A stretch of 63,863 bases of DNA, the filler included, from Saprolegnia diclina VS20 (taxonomy: Eukaryota), in the NCBI RefSeq assembly GCF_000281045.1. It is 8 parts of 5 records of this genome, joined end to end, with 100 filler letters (N's around TTAATTAATTAA, not from the genome) between each part and the next. Parts side by side here need not be neighbours in the genome. Positions count along the whole stretch, not along the records: positions 20,266 to 45,967 come from NW_008246118.1; positions 46,068 to 55,825 come from NW_008246118.1; 6 more parts are not named here. One strand, 5' to 3'. The stretch's first letter is position 1; every line of letters begins with the position of its first letter. The position numbers and the translations under genes are program-made. The notes under the pieces were generated by a model. That model was not told the origin of the DNA. It ran no database searches and saw nothing but the letters and a program-made list of their open reading frames with translations. Shown here piece by piece: positions 43,396 to 55,925 of the stretch.

Positions 43396-44316
43396 ATGGG
43401 CAACAGCAGTAGCAGCACGGAGGGCAGTGGCAGCAGCGCGCCCCACGGCCTCGTCATTAAGCCATCGAACGCGATCACGTTCGCCTTGGCGCCGGGCAGC
43501 GCGCCGCAAGTCGTCGTCAAGCTCAAAAACACGTGCAACAACCACAACATCGCCTTCAAAGTCAAGACGACGCACCCCGCGCGATACGTGGTCAAGCCCA
43601 CGCATGGCGTCCTGCCGCCGCAATCCAAGCTCCTGGTCACGGTCGTGCTGCAGCCAGCCGAGTGCGACGACCTTTTGAACCTCACGGCCGATGTTTTGGC
43701 CGAGATTCCCGACAAATTCCAGCTGCAATGGCTCCGCACCAAGCTCACCGCGCCAGCGACGCTGGTCGAAGACGACTTTCGAGCGCTCTGGTCGACTGTC
43801 GAGAAGAAGCACATCCACGGGCACAAGCTCCCGTGCCGCTTCACGGTCGACAATGGCGCCCCCGAGCCTATTGTCGAGTTTGGCCTCGCGCCCGGCACGT
43901 CACCCGAGGCGACACTCATCGTGACCAACCCGAGTGCAACGACGAGCATGGCCTTCAAGGTCAAGACGACACGGCCGACGCGGTACCGTGTCCGGCCCAA
44001 CCAGGGCGTATTGCGGCCAGGTGCGACCGCGACCGTCCTCGTCGTGCTCGAGCGAGATGACTGCGACGACCTCTGCTCGCTGGACCCGAGCGGTCGGCTT
44101 CTCGTCGCCGACAAGTTTCTCCTCCAAGCGACACCGATCGACGATGCATTTTACATGCTCGTGACAAAGAAGGGTGCGCTGGAAGGCATGGACGAGCTCA
44201 GTCATTTTTGGGGCCGCACGGACAAGGCGACTGTATGTAGCCAAAAGATTGCCGCCCGGTATGTCGACGGCGTCGTCGCGGACGCAACGACGGACGTGGC
44301 GCTGCCGCTCTCCTAG
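43396..44316 (+). CDS. Tandem double MSP (VAP-like) domain protein, predicted N-myristoylated, no TM
   Basis: Two AFKVKTT.P.RY.V.P..GVL.P ... DKF.LQ units; N-terminus MGNSSSS. Confidence 0.88.
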   Translation: MGNSSSSTEGSGSSAPHGLVIKPSNAITFALAPGSAPQVVVKLKNTCNNHNIAFKVKTTHPARYVVKPTHGVLPPQSKLLVTVVLQPAECDDLLNLTADVLAEIPDKFQLQWLRTKLTAPATLVEDDFRALWSTVEKKHIHGHKLPCRFTVDNGAPEPIVEFGLAPGTSPEATLIVTNPSATTSMAFKVKTTRPTRYRVRPNQGVLRPGATATVLVVLERDDCDDLCSLDPSGRLLVADKFLLQATPIDDAFYMLVTKKGALEGMDELSHFWGRTDKATVCSQKIAARYVDGVVADATTDVALPLS

Positions 44317-44855
44317 TCGAGGTGCCATAGTACGCGCGGAATACCCCTTTTTGGCGCGTCGTAGAAAGTGCAATTTGGCCACAAGTTGTCCATTTCTCCA
44401 GCTACGCTTTTCGTAATAGTTAGTAGGACTATCGATACCGTTACAGCATTCGTTCTGTGTTTGCTGTGGCCAAAGCGCCGTGCAAGGTACACTCGGTGCA
44501 TCGTCCCCGAGGAATCAAGAAGGAAGGCTCGTAAAAACACGCCGGACCAAGGTCCCACCCTGCGCCATCGACGCGCAGCGACGTCGGCTCCCTCCTCGCT
44601 CGCGCTGCTGTCGTGCGATCGCATGGCTGCTGGCACGTGTGGCGCTATCGAGAGCCATCGCGCGCAGCGCCCTCCACGCCCGTAGAGTCGCCGCAGCGGA
44701 GAAGGCGCCTTGGCGTCCTTGAAGCTGGCGACATGTGCATGTACTGTAGGCTGTCGTACGGTACGATGCCCATATCCGGGTACTGGCGTGGCTGGCTGGC
44801 CTCATTGTCGGGGATTTGCCCAGTACACTCATTGACTACAACACACACATACACG

Positions 44856-45878
44856 ATGACGAACGCAGAGGCCACGGCGGTACACGCGATCGTTGTCACG
44901 CCCAGCGACGGCCTCGTCTTTGCGGACGGCCGCGCCACGATCACGCTCACCAACCCCAGCAGCACGGACTGCGTGGCATTCTCGGTACGTCCGAGCTCGG
45001 CGTACAAGGTCAAGCCCAACCACGGTGTGCTCAAGCCGGCCGGCGGCATCGCGCTGCTCGTGACACCGCTTGACGCGGCGCGGCACCTACGCGACGACCT
45101 CACCGTGCAGTCGGTGGGCGTCGAGGCGTCGTACTGCCGTGCCCTCGGGGCGCAAGCCGCACCCGACGCCGCAAACGCGCTCGTCCAGCTCTGGGCCAAC
45201 GTCGACACCGACCACGTCACGAGCTACCGCGTCTTTGTGCAGAAGCGAGCTTCCATGCGGCTCGATACGATCATCACACCCGTATTGGACCCGACAAAGG
45301 CCAGTTCCATGCAAGTCGACGGCCTCTCGTTTGTGCTCGCGCCCGAGTCGCCCGTGACGGTCCTCGTGCGCAACCCGAGCGCCCGGGACAGCGTCACGTT
45401 CCAGGTCATGGCGTCGCAGCCCAAACGCTACCACGTGCGGCCCAACCACGGCGTCCTCGGGCCCATGAGCCAGATCCGCGTCCAGATGCTTCTCAAACCT
45501 GCCTACTGCGACAAGCTGCTCCGCGCAACACAAGCGACCCGCGACCTCCTCAAGGACAAGATCTCGGTCCAGGCGCTGACGCTGTCGCCCGAGTTTTGCC
45601 GGCAGCTGACCAAGAAGGCGTCGAAAGAGGTCATTGACGACCTCACGACGCTCTGGATATGCGCCGAGAAGAAGCGCATTGTGACCAAGAAGCTGCGGTG
45701 TCGCTTCGAGCTGTCGGCGGGCGGGCCCATGACGTGGCACCTCGCGCTGACACCGACGATGGACTTTGCGCCGGCGGTCGAACTCATGCACGAGGACGCC
45801 AACGTCGTAGTCAAGAAAGGACCGACGAGTCGCAATGTCCCGCCGCCGGCCAAGTACTGTGATTGCGAGATCATGTGA
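44856..45878 (+). CDS. Tandem double MSP domain protein with C-terminal CAAX box (CEIM), no TM
   Basis: AFSVR..YKVKPNHGVL and TFQVM..RYHVRPNHGVL units; ends KYCDCEIM*. Confidence 0.85.
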   Translation: MTNAEATAVHAIVVTPSDGLVFADGRATITLTNPSSTDCVAFSVRPSSAYKVKPNHGVLKPAGGIALLVTPLDAARHLRDDLTVQSVGVEASYCRALGAQAAPDAANALVQLWANVDTDHVTSYRVFVQKRASMRLDTIITPVLDPTKASSMQVDGLSFVLAPESPVTVLVRNPSARDSVTFQVMASQPKRYHVRPNHGVLGPMSQIRVQMLLKPAYCDKLLRATQATRDLLKDKISVQALTLSPEFCRQLTKKASKEVIDDLTTLWICAEKKRIVTKKLRCRFELSAGGPMTWHLALTPTMDFAPAVELMHEDANVVVKKGPTSRNVPPPAKYCDCEIM

Positions 45879-46067
45879 GAAGACGATGACGCTCTTCTGC
45901 TAGGCAAGACGACGCCGACTTAATGAATTGGGTCCTTTGCGTCTACCAAGGCCGCCCCGTTCTGTGTNNNNNNNNNNNNNNNNNNNNNNNNNNNNNNNNN
46001 NNNNNNNNNNNTTAATTAATTAANNNNNNNNNNNNNNNNNNNNNNNNNNNNNNNNNNNNNNNNNNNN

Positions 46068-46771
46068 CAACATTGTCACCCGTCGCTCTAGTCCGAGTCG
46101 TCGATCGCGATCACGTCGGCGCGGGCTTTCTGACGCGCGCGCGTGCGCTTCTCGTCGGTCGCCGGTGCGTCGGCAACCACTTCGCGCTTGACCTCGATCT
46201 TCTTGTCGATGGCCTTCTTCTGGCGCGCAAACGCCGCTTCGATCGTCGACTGCGCGGCCGGCGACTTGTCGACAGGCAACACCAGCGGATGGTCGATTTG
46301 AGGTGCCTTGGGCGTCGTCACCGGCTGGACCACGGCCGGCTTGACAATGATAGTCTCGGGCGACGCGGCAGGCCCACGCACGGCGCGCACCGGGCCGTCG
46401 GGGATCGCCACGGGTGGCGGGCGGCGGGCCGCGACAGGCTTGCGACCGCTCGCCGGAACGACGGTCGACCGCTGCTCGGTCAGCCGCGCTTGCTCGGCTT
46501 GGACCCGGGACCACACTTCGCTCTCGACGCGCTGGGCCTCCCGCTGGACGGCTTGGAGACGCATCGTTTCGCTCTGCACCCGCATGGCGACCTCCAGCTC
46601 AATGCGCTTGGTCTCGCGCTGGGCTGCCTCGAGGCGCAGGGTTTCAGCCTGCACACGGGCGCGCACTTCGGCCTCCAATCGCTGGGCCTCGCGCTGCGTC
46701 GTCTCGAGCCGCTGCTTCTCGAGGGCCACACGCGCCGCGACCGCGAGCTCGAGGTCGACGCCGGTGGGTCC
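46068..46771. repeat. 704-bp inverted repeat, copy 1 (CHD 3' end); partner at 53733-54436
   Basis: Reverse complement of 53733-54436 apart from scattered substitutions. Confidence 0.93.
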
Positions 46772-49700
46772 CGAAGCACTCGCCTCGGACGTGGCGGCTT
46801 CGTGCTTCTGCAGCACGAAGAACGTGTACGCGTCCGCGTTGTGGTGCGGGTCGTGCGCCATCATCTGGCGGGCCTCGTGTGCCATGCGCTGGCGGTCGCC
46901 TTCGTGCAGCTTCTTCATTTGCGTGATCGCGCGCACGGCCTTGGCACAGTGCAACACGGTGGTCTCGACCCACTTGGCCGACGGCACTTGCGCGCCCGGC
47001 GGCATGCACGTGCGGAACCGGTCGAGCGCCCAAATGTCCTTGACGTGGTCGTCCAGACCAAAGCACTCGACACCCTAATCATCATTTTCATCAATACAAG
47101 AGTCGTGGCAATGGGACTCGAACCTGCATGAGCAAAATATCGTGGTCGGGAGAGACCCACCACGACGGCAAGTGGCCCTTGTTGTACGACGCGGCGCGCG
47201 TCACACTCATCATGGCCATGTGCAGATCCTGTGGCCGCATCACGAGCACGTCTGTCCGGAGCAGTCGGAAAAACTCGATCCGGTTCACCAGCACCTGCGC
47301 CTGGTCGCGCGAGAGCGCCCATTGGTCCTGGGTGCCCCCGAGGATCGACGGCTCGGTCGATGGCTCAAAATGCGGCTGCCCGAGAATCGACCGCGCTGCA
47401 CGCTCGAGCCCCACGGCTTCGTGCAGGAGCTCGGTCGGCCCCCGCGATCGGACGCTCATCATCGGGTCGTTGATGTAGAAGCGCCATTTTTCACGCTGTT
47501 CTTGCGCGGTCATGCACGTGCGCACGTCGGGCACGCCGTACTCGAGGATGAGCGTCATGAACCGCTCTTGGCGGTCGAGGAGCCCGAGGAACTGCATCTG
47601 GTCGGCCACGTTCAAGCTGCGCACAAACGGCACGACGGCCTCGGTCGCTTGGAACGGCGGCGCGCGCACATCTTGGGCCCACGCACGCAAGAGCGTCTTC
47701 GCTCGCTTCAAAAGCAACGTCGTCGACGGCCAAACGGCGTCGGGCGCCGCGCCGGGGTGGGTACTTGCAGGATACAAGAGCGCATCCGACTTGAGCGTCG
47801 CGATCGAGTTCTTGCCGCGCAGCCACCCGACGCGGTGGAGCCCGAGAAGCAAGCGGAGGTCGTCGGTTTGCGGCTGCCACCAGTTGGGCGCGTCCTTGTG
47901 CGCCCCCGTGGGCGGAAGCGTCCGGACAACGTTGAGGAGACGGAGGCGCACGAGGACGGTCTCGGGCGGCGTCTCGACGGGCAGCGGCGACGTGTTGGCG
48001 GTCTGGATGTCGTTGAGAATCGAGACAAACTCGAGGATCGGCGAGAGCTTGCGCGACACGAGCTGGTCGAGTTGGTACAGCACATCGAGCTGCTGCAGCT
48101 TGGAGACTGCGTGCTTGCACGTCGCCTCAAAGCTCAAGACGGACGAGAGGTCCGATGGAATCGGGATCGCGTTGATGTCAAAGAGCGGCGACGGCACAAC
48201 GTGCTTGTCGTGCGGGTGCGACTTGAGGTGCAAGTCGCGGAGAATCGCCACCACGAACGAGTAGCGCTGCGCATACGTCTGGAGGTCGATCGTCTCAGCC
48301 GCCGTCCGCACGAGCTGCGCCACGTACGCGAGGGCAAAGCACTTGATCTTCTCGACCGAGAGCGTCTGCAGCGTCGGACTCGCCATGCGAATCTTGGTCC
48401 AGCGTCCATAGCCAAAGGCCAGCAGCGCCGCCTGTCGTCGACACATAAGATATGAGATACCGTGGAAAGAAAGCGTCCATACCGCAAACGGCTGTGTCTT
48501 GGGCGTCGTGCGCAGTGCGTTCGGGTTCTGGAGAAGCCCTTTGATGGGCCCAATCGGCGCATCGTCGTCCTCTTCGTCGTCGTCGTCGGAGCTCGGTGCT
48601 GCGTCTTCAATGACATACGCCGCGTCATCGTCATTTTCCTTTTCATTGGCCATCTTGAGCTTCTTGCCCGGTCGACGCGCCTTCTTGGAGCTGCCGGGCA
48701 ATTCGCCGTCCGAGTTTTCTTCGGCATACGTGGCGAACCGGCCCTTGCAACGGCGCTTCTCGGGCGTCTTGTCGACTACGGTCCTCTCCTCGACCGCGTT
48801 GAGGCCAATGACCTTGGTCCAAAAGTCCGGGTCGTCCAGCGCGACTTGTTCGTTCGGGTCCGTCGAGCTCACAAACGTAGCTTTCGAGAAGCTCGACATG
48901 GCGTTCGACGCGGCCGGGTCCGGCTTGGTCTTGGGGTCGTGGACGACCGTTGTCGACCGCTTCAGAATGTCGTCGACCGACTCTTCGCTAAAGCGCTTGC
49001 TGGCCTCGGCGCCATCGTCCTTGAGCATCTCGTACGCCCCAAACTTAAGCAAATTCTCAACGTCTTCTTTGGACGCGGCCGGAAGCTCCTTGCCCTTGGC
49101 TTGGCGAATGCCGCCGAGCACCGCTTGGTCGAGCCCGAGCTTCATGGACGCTTGGTGGAACATGTGCGCTTCGTACGTCTTGGCCGTCAAGAGGCGGTAG
49201 ATCTTGACCGACTTGGTCTGGCCAATGCGGTGGCAGCGTGCTTGCGCCTGCAGATCGTTCTGCGGGTTCCAGTCCGAATCGTAAATGATGCACGTGTCGG
49301 CGGCCGTGAGGTTGATACCAACGCCGCCCGCGCGCGTCGAGAGCAGCATGATGAACGCTGGACTCTCGGGGTTGCAGAATCGATCGATGGCCGCTTGCCG
49401 GTCGTTGCCCGTGATGCTGCCGTCGATCCGCTCCTTGACGTACCCACGAAGCCGCAAGTAGTCTTCGAGGATGTCGAGCATGATCTTGAACTGCGAAAAG
49501 ATGAGCACGCGGTGGCCTTGCTCCTTGAGGCGCGGAAGAAGCTTATCGAGCAAAATGAGCTTGCCGCACGACTGCACGAGCAGCTCCTGGAGCTCCGACG
49601 GCGTCACGTGCGGCGTCTCCTTCTGAACGCGGGCGACTTCGCGGGCTTCGGCGCCAAGGATCAAGAACGGGTGGTTGCAGCACTTGCGGAGCTCCATGAC

Positions 49701-51720
49701 AATGTTCATCAAGCTCGGCATATTTGCCTTCTTCGTGTGGCCGCGCTACGCATGGCATGTATCTCGGAAACTATCAAGTTGATACAACGTACCACGAGGA
49801 ACTCGGTGTTGCGTTCGAAAATCGCACGGTAGTACTGCTTTTGCAGCACTGTGAGCTCGACTTCGATGATGGTCTCTTCTTTCGGCGCAAGCGACGTTTC
49901 GACGTCCTCCTTCATGCGCCGGAGCAAGAACGGCCGGAGCTCAACCTGCAGCTTCTTGACCTGGTCCGAGTCGACAAGGTTGCCGTACGCCTCGACAAAG
50001 TCTTCGGACGACGCAAACTTTGTCCGGTCCAGAAAATGCAGCAGCGTCCAGAGCTCTTCAACGTTGTTCTGGAGCGGCGTGCCGGTCAGAAGGAGGAGGT
50101 TGCCAAACTTGAAGTTGGCCAAGAGAATCGACGCGAGCTTCGACTTGCGGTTCTTCAGTCGGTGGGCCTCGTCGACCGCGACGACCTGCCACGGGATGCG
50201 CGCCAGTGTGATGTTGTCCGACGCCACGCACATCTCGTACGTCGTGATGAGCACATCAAACCGGTAGTGGGTCGTCTTCTTGTCGCGCACCGGGGCGCCG
50301 GGCGCGTCGTCCAGCGGGTGCGGGAGGTAGAACTCGTACTGCTCGATCGTCTTGCGCTCATCGTGCGATCCATGGTACACGACAGCGTTGAGGTCCGTCC
50401 AGTTGGTAAACTAGCCACCGCCATTTCGTATCAAGAAAGTATCAAGTGTGCACCTACCTCGCGCTGCCAGTGGGCGAGCGTCGACAGCGGCGCAATGATG
50501 AGGTACGGGCCGCGACGCTGCTCGACCTGGACGAGGTGGTTGATGTACGAGACCGTCTGCACGGTTTTGCCAAGCCCCATTTCATCGGCGAGCAGCGAGT
50601 TGCGGTCGTTGTACCAGTTGAAGAGCAGCCAGTTGAGACCCGCGACTTGGTACTCGCGCAGGTTCATGCCGCCCTTGAACGTCGCGGGGATCTTGTCGCC
50701 GTACGGGCGGAAGCTAGAGGCCTTTCGGACCTTGGGCGCGCGTAGCAGCGGTCGGTTGAAGGCGTGGTAGAGCGCCACCGCGTGGTCGTCGTGGAAGTCC
50801 TCGGCTTGCTCCCACGTGCAGCTCTCGTACCCGAGCGCCTTCCATTTGACAAAGTACTCGAGTGCACCTGGCTCGTCGACGTCTTGGCTCGGCTGGATCG
50901 CGAGCACGCGGTCGACGGTGCAAAACTCTGGGTTGAAGTACTCGTCGCCAGCCATCAGCGGCGCCCGCGCCTGCTTTTCCAGGAAGCGCTGGACCTTGCC
51001 CTTGGCGTTCTTCTCGTACTCGATGAGCTCCTTCTCAGACTGCCAGCACACGTGGAGGTACGAGAGGTCCTTCCACTTGACGAGGAACTTCTCGACCTCG
51101 TCCGTCGGCGGCAGCACCGGGTCGTCGTCGTCGGGCACAAAGATGGACCCAGCCGTGATGTAGTGCGAGTGCATGGCGTGGCACTTCTTCGCCCACTCGG
51201 CCACGGTGTGCGTCTCGACAGCCAGCACCTTGTCAATGATAAAGTTGTCGTCGCTCGAGGAGGCGTCGGCAGCGTGTGGCGACGACTTGCCTTCGGTCGA
51301 GCTAGCGTCCGAGATGTCCGACTCCGAGTCCGATGCTTCGGACGCTGACGCTGACGCCGACTCGGACGAGCTCTCCTTGGCCTTGGCCTTGGTTTTGCCC
51401 TTGGCACGCGAGACCTTGGGCGACGACGCGGGCGGCGGCGAGCAGCGCGGACGGCCACGCTTGGCCGGCTGCGCCTTCTCGGGGGCATTTTTGCGCTTTG
51501 CGGGCTCGCGCGGCTCGTTGGCTTCGAGGTACTCGTCGTACGTGACGACCGCGCGGGCGCGCTCGCTGCGCCGGTGGAGGAGCTGGCGGCTGGGCTTGCT
51601 CTCGACGGTCGGCTTTAGTCGCTTCCGCGGCTGCGGAGCCGCGATGACCTCATCTTCGCTCGAGTCGACGTCGACAATCTGGTTTCGCCGGCGCGTCCGG
51701 CGTGTCGTCTCTTCCGCCAT
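46088..51720 (-). CDS. CHD-family chromatin remodeler (tandem chromodomains + SNF2 ATPase; CHD6-9-like), multi-exon
   Basis: FLVKWKDLSYLH and YFVKWKALGYESCTWE chromodomains; LADEMGLGKT, DEAHRLKN, TGTPLQNN, MELRKCCNHP, STRAGGVGINL, SDWNPQNDLQAQARCHRIGQ; ends in a SIM-like VIAIDDSD. Confidence 0.95.
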
Positions 51721-53636
51721 CGACGGGTGGCTGCGTACCGGTGATGCGAACCCTCTGAAATCCGCAAACCCAAATGCACTCTTCCGCATCCGGATGACAT
51801 CCGGATAATTGAGCTTGGCGCGCAGGCCACCACAACCAATTTTCAAATTTCGAGAAACAAAGTCCAACTGCCTGGTTTCACATCACACAAATTGAGCCAT
51901 GGAAGGTCGCAGACAAGCTGGTAAAAAGCTGAAAAGGAGCTGCGATTGAGTCTGCACCACTCAGACTCAGTGCGACGGTGACTTCTCCCTTGCGCATTCA
52001 AAGCTACAGTACTATGCGTAGATGAGGTACACGTGTACTAGAACTAAGGAGCCTTTCAGTTCGGCAACATCAAGACCTTATGCATTATGTGCTTAGCCGT
52101 GTTTGAAATTAATTTTTTTGGTTGCTCTCGCAGAGCCTGCTAAATGTAACTGGAGCCAGGCTTTCAAAAGCAAGTGTGTTGATTCACACAACAACGCCGA
52201 CGTATAAGCACTACACACTGTAGCTTGTTGTTGTTTTGTTCTATTACTCAAAACAAAATAAAGTAATGTCATGCTGCATCATGAGCTAGAAATCGCTAAC
52301 GCTGCCATAACAGTAAATAATGCGCTGGCCTAAGAGCTATCCACGTCATGAATGAATTTTGGCCAATCAAATGCCAAGGAATTTGGTGCACCAAGAGGCA
52401 GAAATGCACAGCGGAACTTGTGAAGTCCTTGGCACAAACAGCAAAGGAATACCCTTGACTACCTGCAGGTGCAATTAAAAGAGGACCGCTGTAAAAATGG
52501 AACGTCCATCCAAACGAAAACGCAGTTTAGCACGACAGATTTTAGCTTCGTATTTCGATTCACAAACTTTTTTATGTTAATATAGAGGTATTGATAGAGC
52601 CAAACGAGCCAAATGAAGGAGCCATAGTGAGATTTGGTGGGAGGGAATGAGAAAGCTCACAGTGGTAGTACGTGGTGGCGAACAGCCCTTGCTCCCCACT
52701 TCCCAAGGTGCATTCTACTCCATCTCGCGTCATGTCCAGCACCGACGACGAGCCAGCAATTCGTCCTTTCATCAGGCACTGTTTCCATCCAAGCCTTGCG
52801 GTTCATCTGGGGCTGCGTCACCACGTCGTGCTGCATTTGCCGTCGGCAGCGTACAACGTATGGCGCAAGATTCGAGCTCAAAGGGTCGGTGCGCGAGTCG
52901 CTGGCAGAATGCTTGCGAGCGAAGTTGTCGGTGCGGATGGCAAGGCAGAGCCGTGTGACGTCTGCTAACAAGTGAGACATCATAAGCTTCAAGACCAGGT
53001 CGGCCGAGGTCCACAGGCCTTGGCTATCCATTTGGGGCACTTCGAAAAGACAACACACGGCCTAGCACAAAAACTGCACAAAGCTAACGACCTCATCGAC
53101 TCGGTGGCTATACGCTCGCGCCTTTCATCGTCCACGAGGGCGACACTCTACAAAAAAGGCCACTCAACCAGTGGCTGCCCTACAACGACCAAGTCGTCAA
53201 GCCAATCACGGGCCAACGAAGAGTACGTTCGTCTCTATACCAAGATGCTTGGGGTCGAGAGCACTGCAACAAGGCTGGGACCGCGGCTCCATTTTACGAC
53301 GAGTGGGCGTGTCGACCGGTCTCTCCCGAGCTACCCAATGCCGAGGTTCAGAGTCTTACATGAGGTTTGACTCATTTGCTTGTGGCACTTTAGTCCCGAC
53401 GAGCGCTTCAACAAGACTCGCCCGAGGACGACTTGGACGGCAACTCCGACGACGAGCAATCGACCGAAAGCTTGGGTGGCGGGTCCCCTCACGACTTGGA
53501 CAACGCTTCGGAAGCGGCAACGGCAATGAAAAGCCGAAAGCGCGACTTAACTAAGCTAGCAAGAAGAAACATAGAATGAAATGTATTGATAAGCCTGATA
53601 CATTCGTCGCCACGTTCTTTCTTCCGCGACGCCTCG

Positions 53637-54416
53637 ATGGGCGTCAATGACGACCCCACCGCGACGGTCACCCTCACGCTCGAGCAGATGGACGAGCTCT
53701 TCATGAAGTTCGTTGAAAACAACGCTTGGCTCGGACCCACCGGCGTCGACCTCGAGCTCGCGGTCGCGGCGCGTGTGGCCCTCGAGAAGCAGCGGCTCGA
53801 GACGACGCAGCGCGAGGCCCAGCGATTGGAGGCCGAAGTGCGCGCCCGTGTGCAGGCCGAAACCCAGCGCCTCGAGGCAGCCCAGCGCGAGACCAAGCGC
53901 ATTGAGCTGGAGGTCGCCATGCGGGTGCAGAGCGAAACGATGCGTCTCCAGGCCGTCCAGCGGGAGGCCCAGCGCGTCGAGAGCGAAGTGTGGTCCCGGG
54001 TCCAAGCCGAGCAAGCGCGGCTGACCGAGCAGCGGTCGACCGTCGTTCCGGCGAGCGGTCGCAAGCCTGTCGCGGCCCGCCGCCCGCCACCCGTGGCGAT
54101 CCCCGACGGCCCGGTGCGCGCCGTGCGTGGGCCTGCCGCGTCGCCCGAGACTATCATTGTCAAGCCGGCCGTGGTCCAGCCGGTGACGACGCCCAAGGCT
54201 CCTCAAATCGACCATCCGTTGGTGTTGCCTGTCGAAAAGTCGCCGGCCGCGCAGTCGACGATCGAAGCGGCGTTTGCGCGCCAGAGGAAGGCCATCGACA
54301 AGAAGATCGAGGTCAAGCGCGAAGTGGTTGCCGACGCACCGGCGACCGACGAGAAGCGCACGCGCGCGCGTCAGAAAGCCCGCGCCGACGTGATCGCGAT
54401 CGACGACTCGGACTAG
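53637..54416 (+). CDS. Chimeric ORF: about 32 unrelated codons fused to the duplicated CHD C-terminus (gene or pseudogene)
   Basis: MGVNDDPTATVTLTLEQMDELFMKFVENNAWL|GPTGVDLELAVAARV...VIAIDDSD*; junction at 53733. Confidence 0.55.
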   Translation: MGVNDDPTATVTLTLEQMDELFMKFVENNAWLGPTGVDLELAVAARVALEKQRLETTQREAQRLEAEVRARVQAETQRLEAAQRETKRIELEVAMRVQSETMRLQAVQREAQRVESEVWSRVQAEQARLTEQRSTVVPASGRKPVAARRPPPVAIPDGPVRAVRGPAASPETIIVKPAVVQPVTTPKAPQIDHPLVLPVEKSPAAQSTIEAAFARQRKAIDKKIEVKREVVADAPATDEKRTRARQKARADVIAIDDSD

Positions 54417-54587
54417 AGCGACGGGTGACAATGTTGNNNNNNNNNNNNNNNNNNNNNNNNNNNNNNNNNNNNNNNNNNNNNNNNNNNNNNNNNNNNNNNN
54501 NNNNNNNNNNNNNNNNNNNNNNNNNNNNNNNNNNNNACGGCCAATACATGCTGGTTGGCCTCGTCAATAACACTCAATAGACTCATT

Positions 54588-55320
54588 CAGGGGTTCCGAA
54601 ACATTATTCGAAATCGTACATTTTTCACATTTATTGCATTGCTCAAATAATGTTGGGCGCGAAAAACATTGGCCAATGATTGATTGCCTCTTCAAACATT
54701 ATACTAATCACGAACTGCGCCGTGGTTCCAGCTCCACTGAATGAGTCCGACAAGGATCATTACATATGGAATGTCGTCTTGTCAACAGGATTCGCAATGA
54801 ATGTCAGGGTAAATGTCAAACATTACCCACATTGTCAGATAGCCAATCGTTCCATCCCGAGGCTACCAAGCTTGTGCACTACACGCACATCTCGATTTGC
54901 ATCATGGCCACCAAGCCCGACGCCAAACACAGCAGGGGCCAGGCCAAGGCCATTGTCACCCGCTTCTTCTCGCCCGACCCGGCCGTGGCCAATTCTTTCC
55001 AGTGCGGCAAGTGCACCAAGTCCTTGAAGCAGGCCCAATTTTCGGGGCATGGCAACCTCATTTGCCACCTGAAGTCGTGTCGCCCCGACTACATGGCTAC
55101 CTTCTTGAACGAGCTCCAGTCGCGCCCGCAGAGCTTGACGGCCACGGGTTTTGTACCCAGCAGCAAAATGTTGACATTGTTGACATTGAACGACGAAATA
55201 ATGAATGTTCACGATAATGATTGTTCATACTTTTTATTTCCCTTCAATTAATGTTGGAAGCTTCCAACATTGTTCAAGTAATGTTCTCAGTGTAACGGGT
55301 TTCGACAATGAATGTTCGAG
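54588..55320 (+). mobile_element. Internally deleted hAT-like DNA transposon remnant with a BED finger
   Basis: CAGGGGTT terminus. The ORF from 54904 has FF..FQCGKC..KQ..SGHGNLICHL (BED-type) and then degenerates. AACATT repeats on the left are mirrored by AATGTT repeats on the right. No right TIR was found. Confidence 0.55.
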
Positions 55321-55925
55321 GCAAAAAAAACATTTCATTTATTTCACTTGTCGTTTGATTCGCTTTAATATGTCCAGGATTGCAGCCCGATTGGTCGAGC
55401 ACACCATTTACAAAGAAAAGTCCACACTATTTCAGAACGCCGAACCGCCCGCCTCCAAAGGGCAACTAGGGTCCGGGGGTAGGAACGATGAAATCATATG
55501 GATTATGTATTTTAATTGGTGCTAGGCAGACGACCTTGTTGGTGCAACGATTGGCGGAGGCGAGTAGCTTCGGGTGTTGGGGGTACGATATCGAGCGTAT
55601 AAGCACATCACCCATTCGCCGCAGATGTAATCCTTGCCACGCACTCGCCCATCTACAAGCACGTGGCGGCCATGTCGAGCGAGGAGCAAGTGATGACGTG
55701 GACAATGACATGCTCGCCGTCAGTGCATCCAGCAACGGGAATGGGCGGGCTTTACGTCGTACCACCATCCTGCCTGCGAGAACTCGGCGTCGTGGCCCGC
55801 GAACGCCATGCGGAACGCGAGGCTCNNNNNNNNNNNNNNNNNNNNNNNNNNNNNNNNNNNNNNNNNNNNTTAATTAATTAANNNNNNNNNNNNNNNNNNN
55901 NNNNNNNNNNNNNNNNNNNNNNNNN

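Noticed and set aside
52572..53560. Short ORFs upstream of the chimeric CHD copy
   Set aside because: No coherent frame or family motif could be identified.
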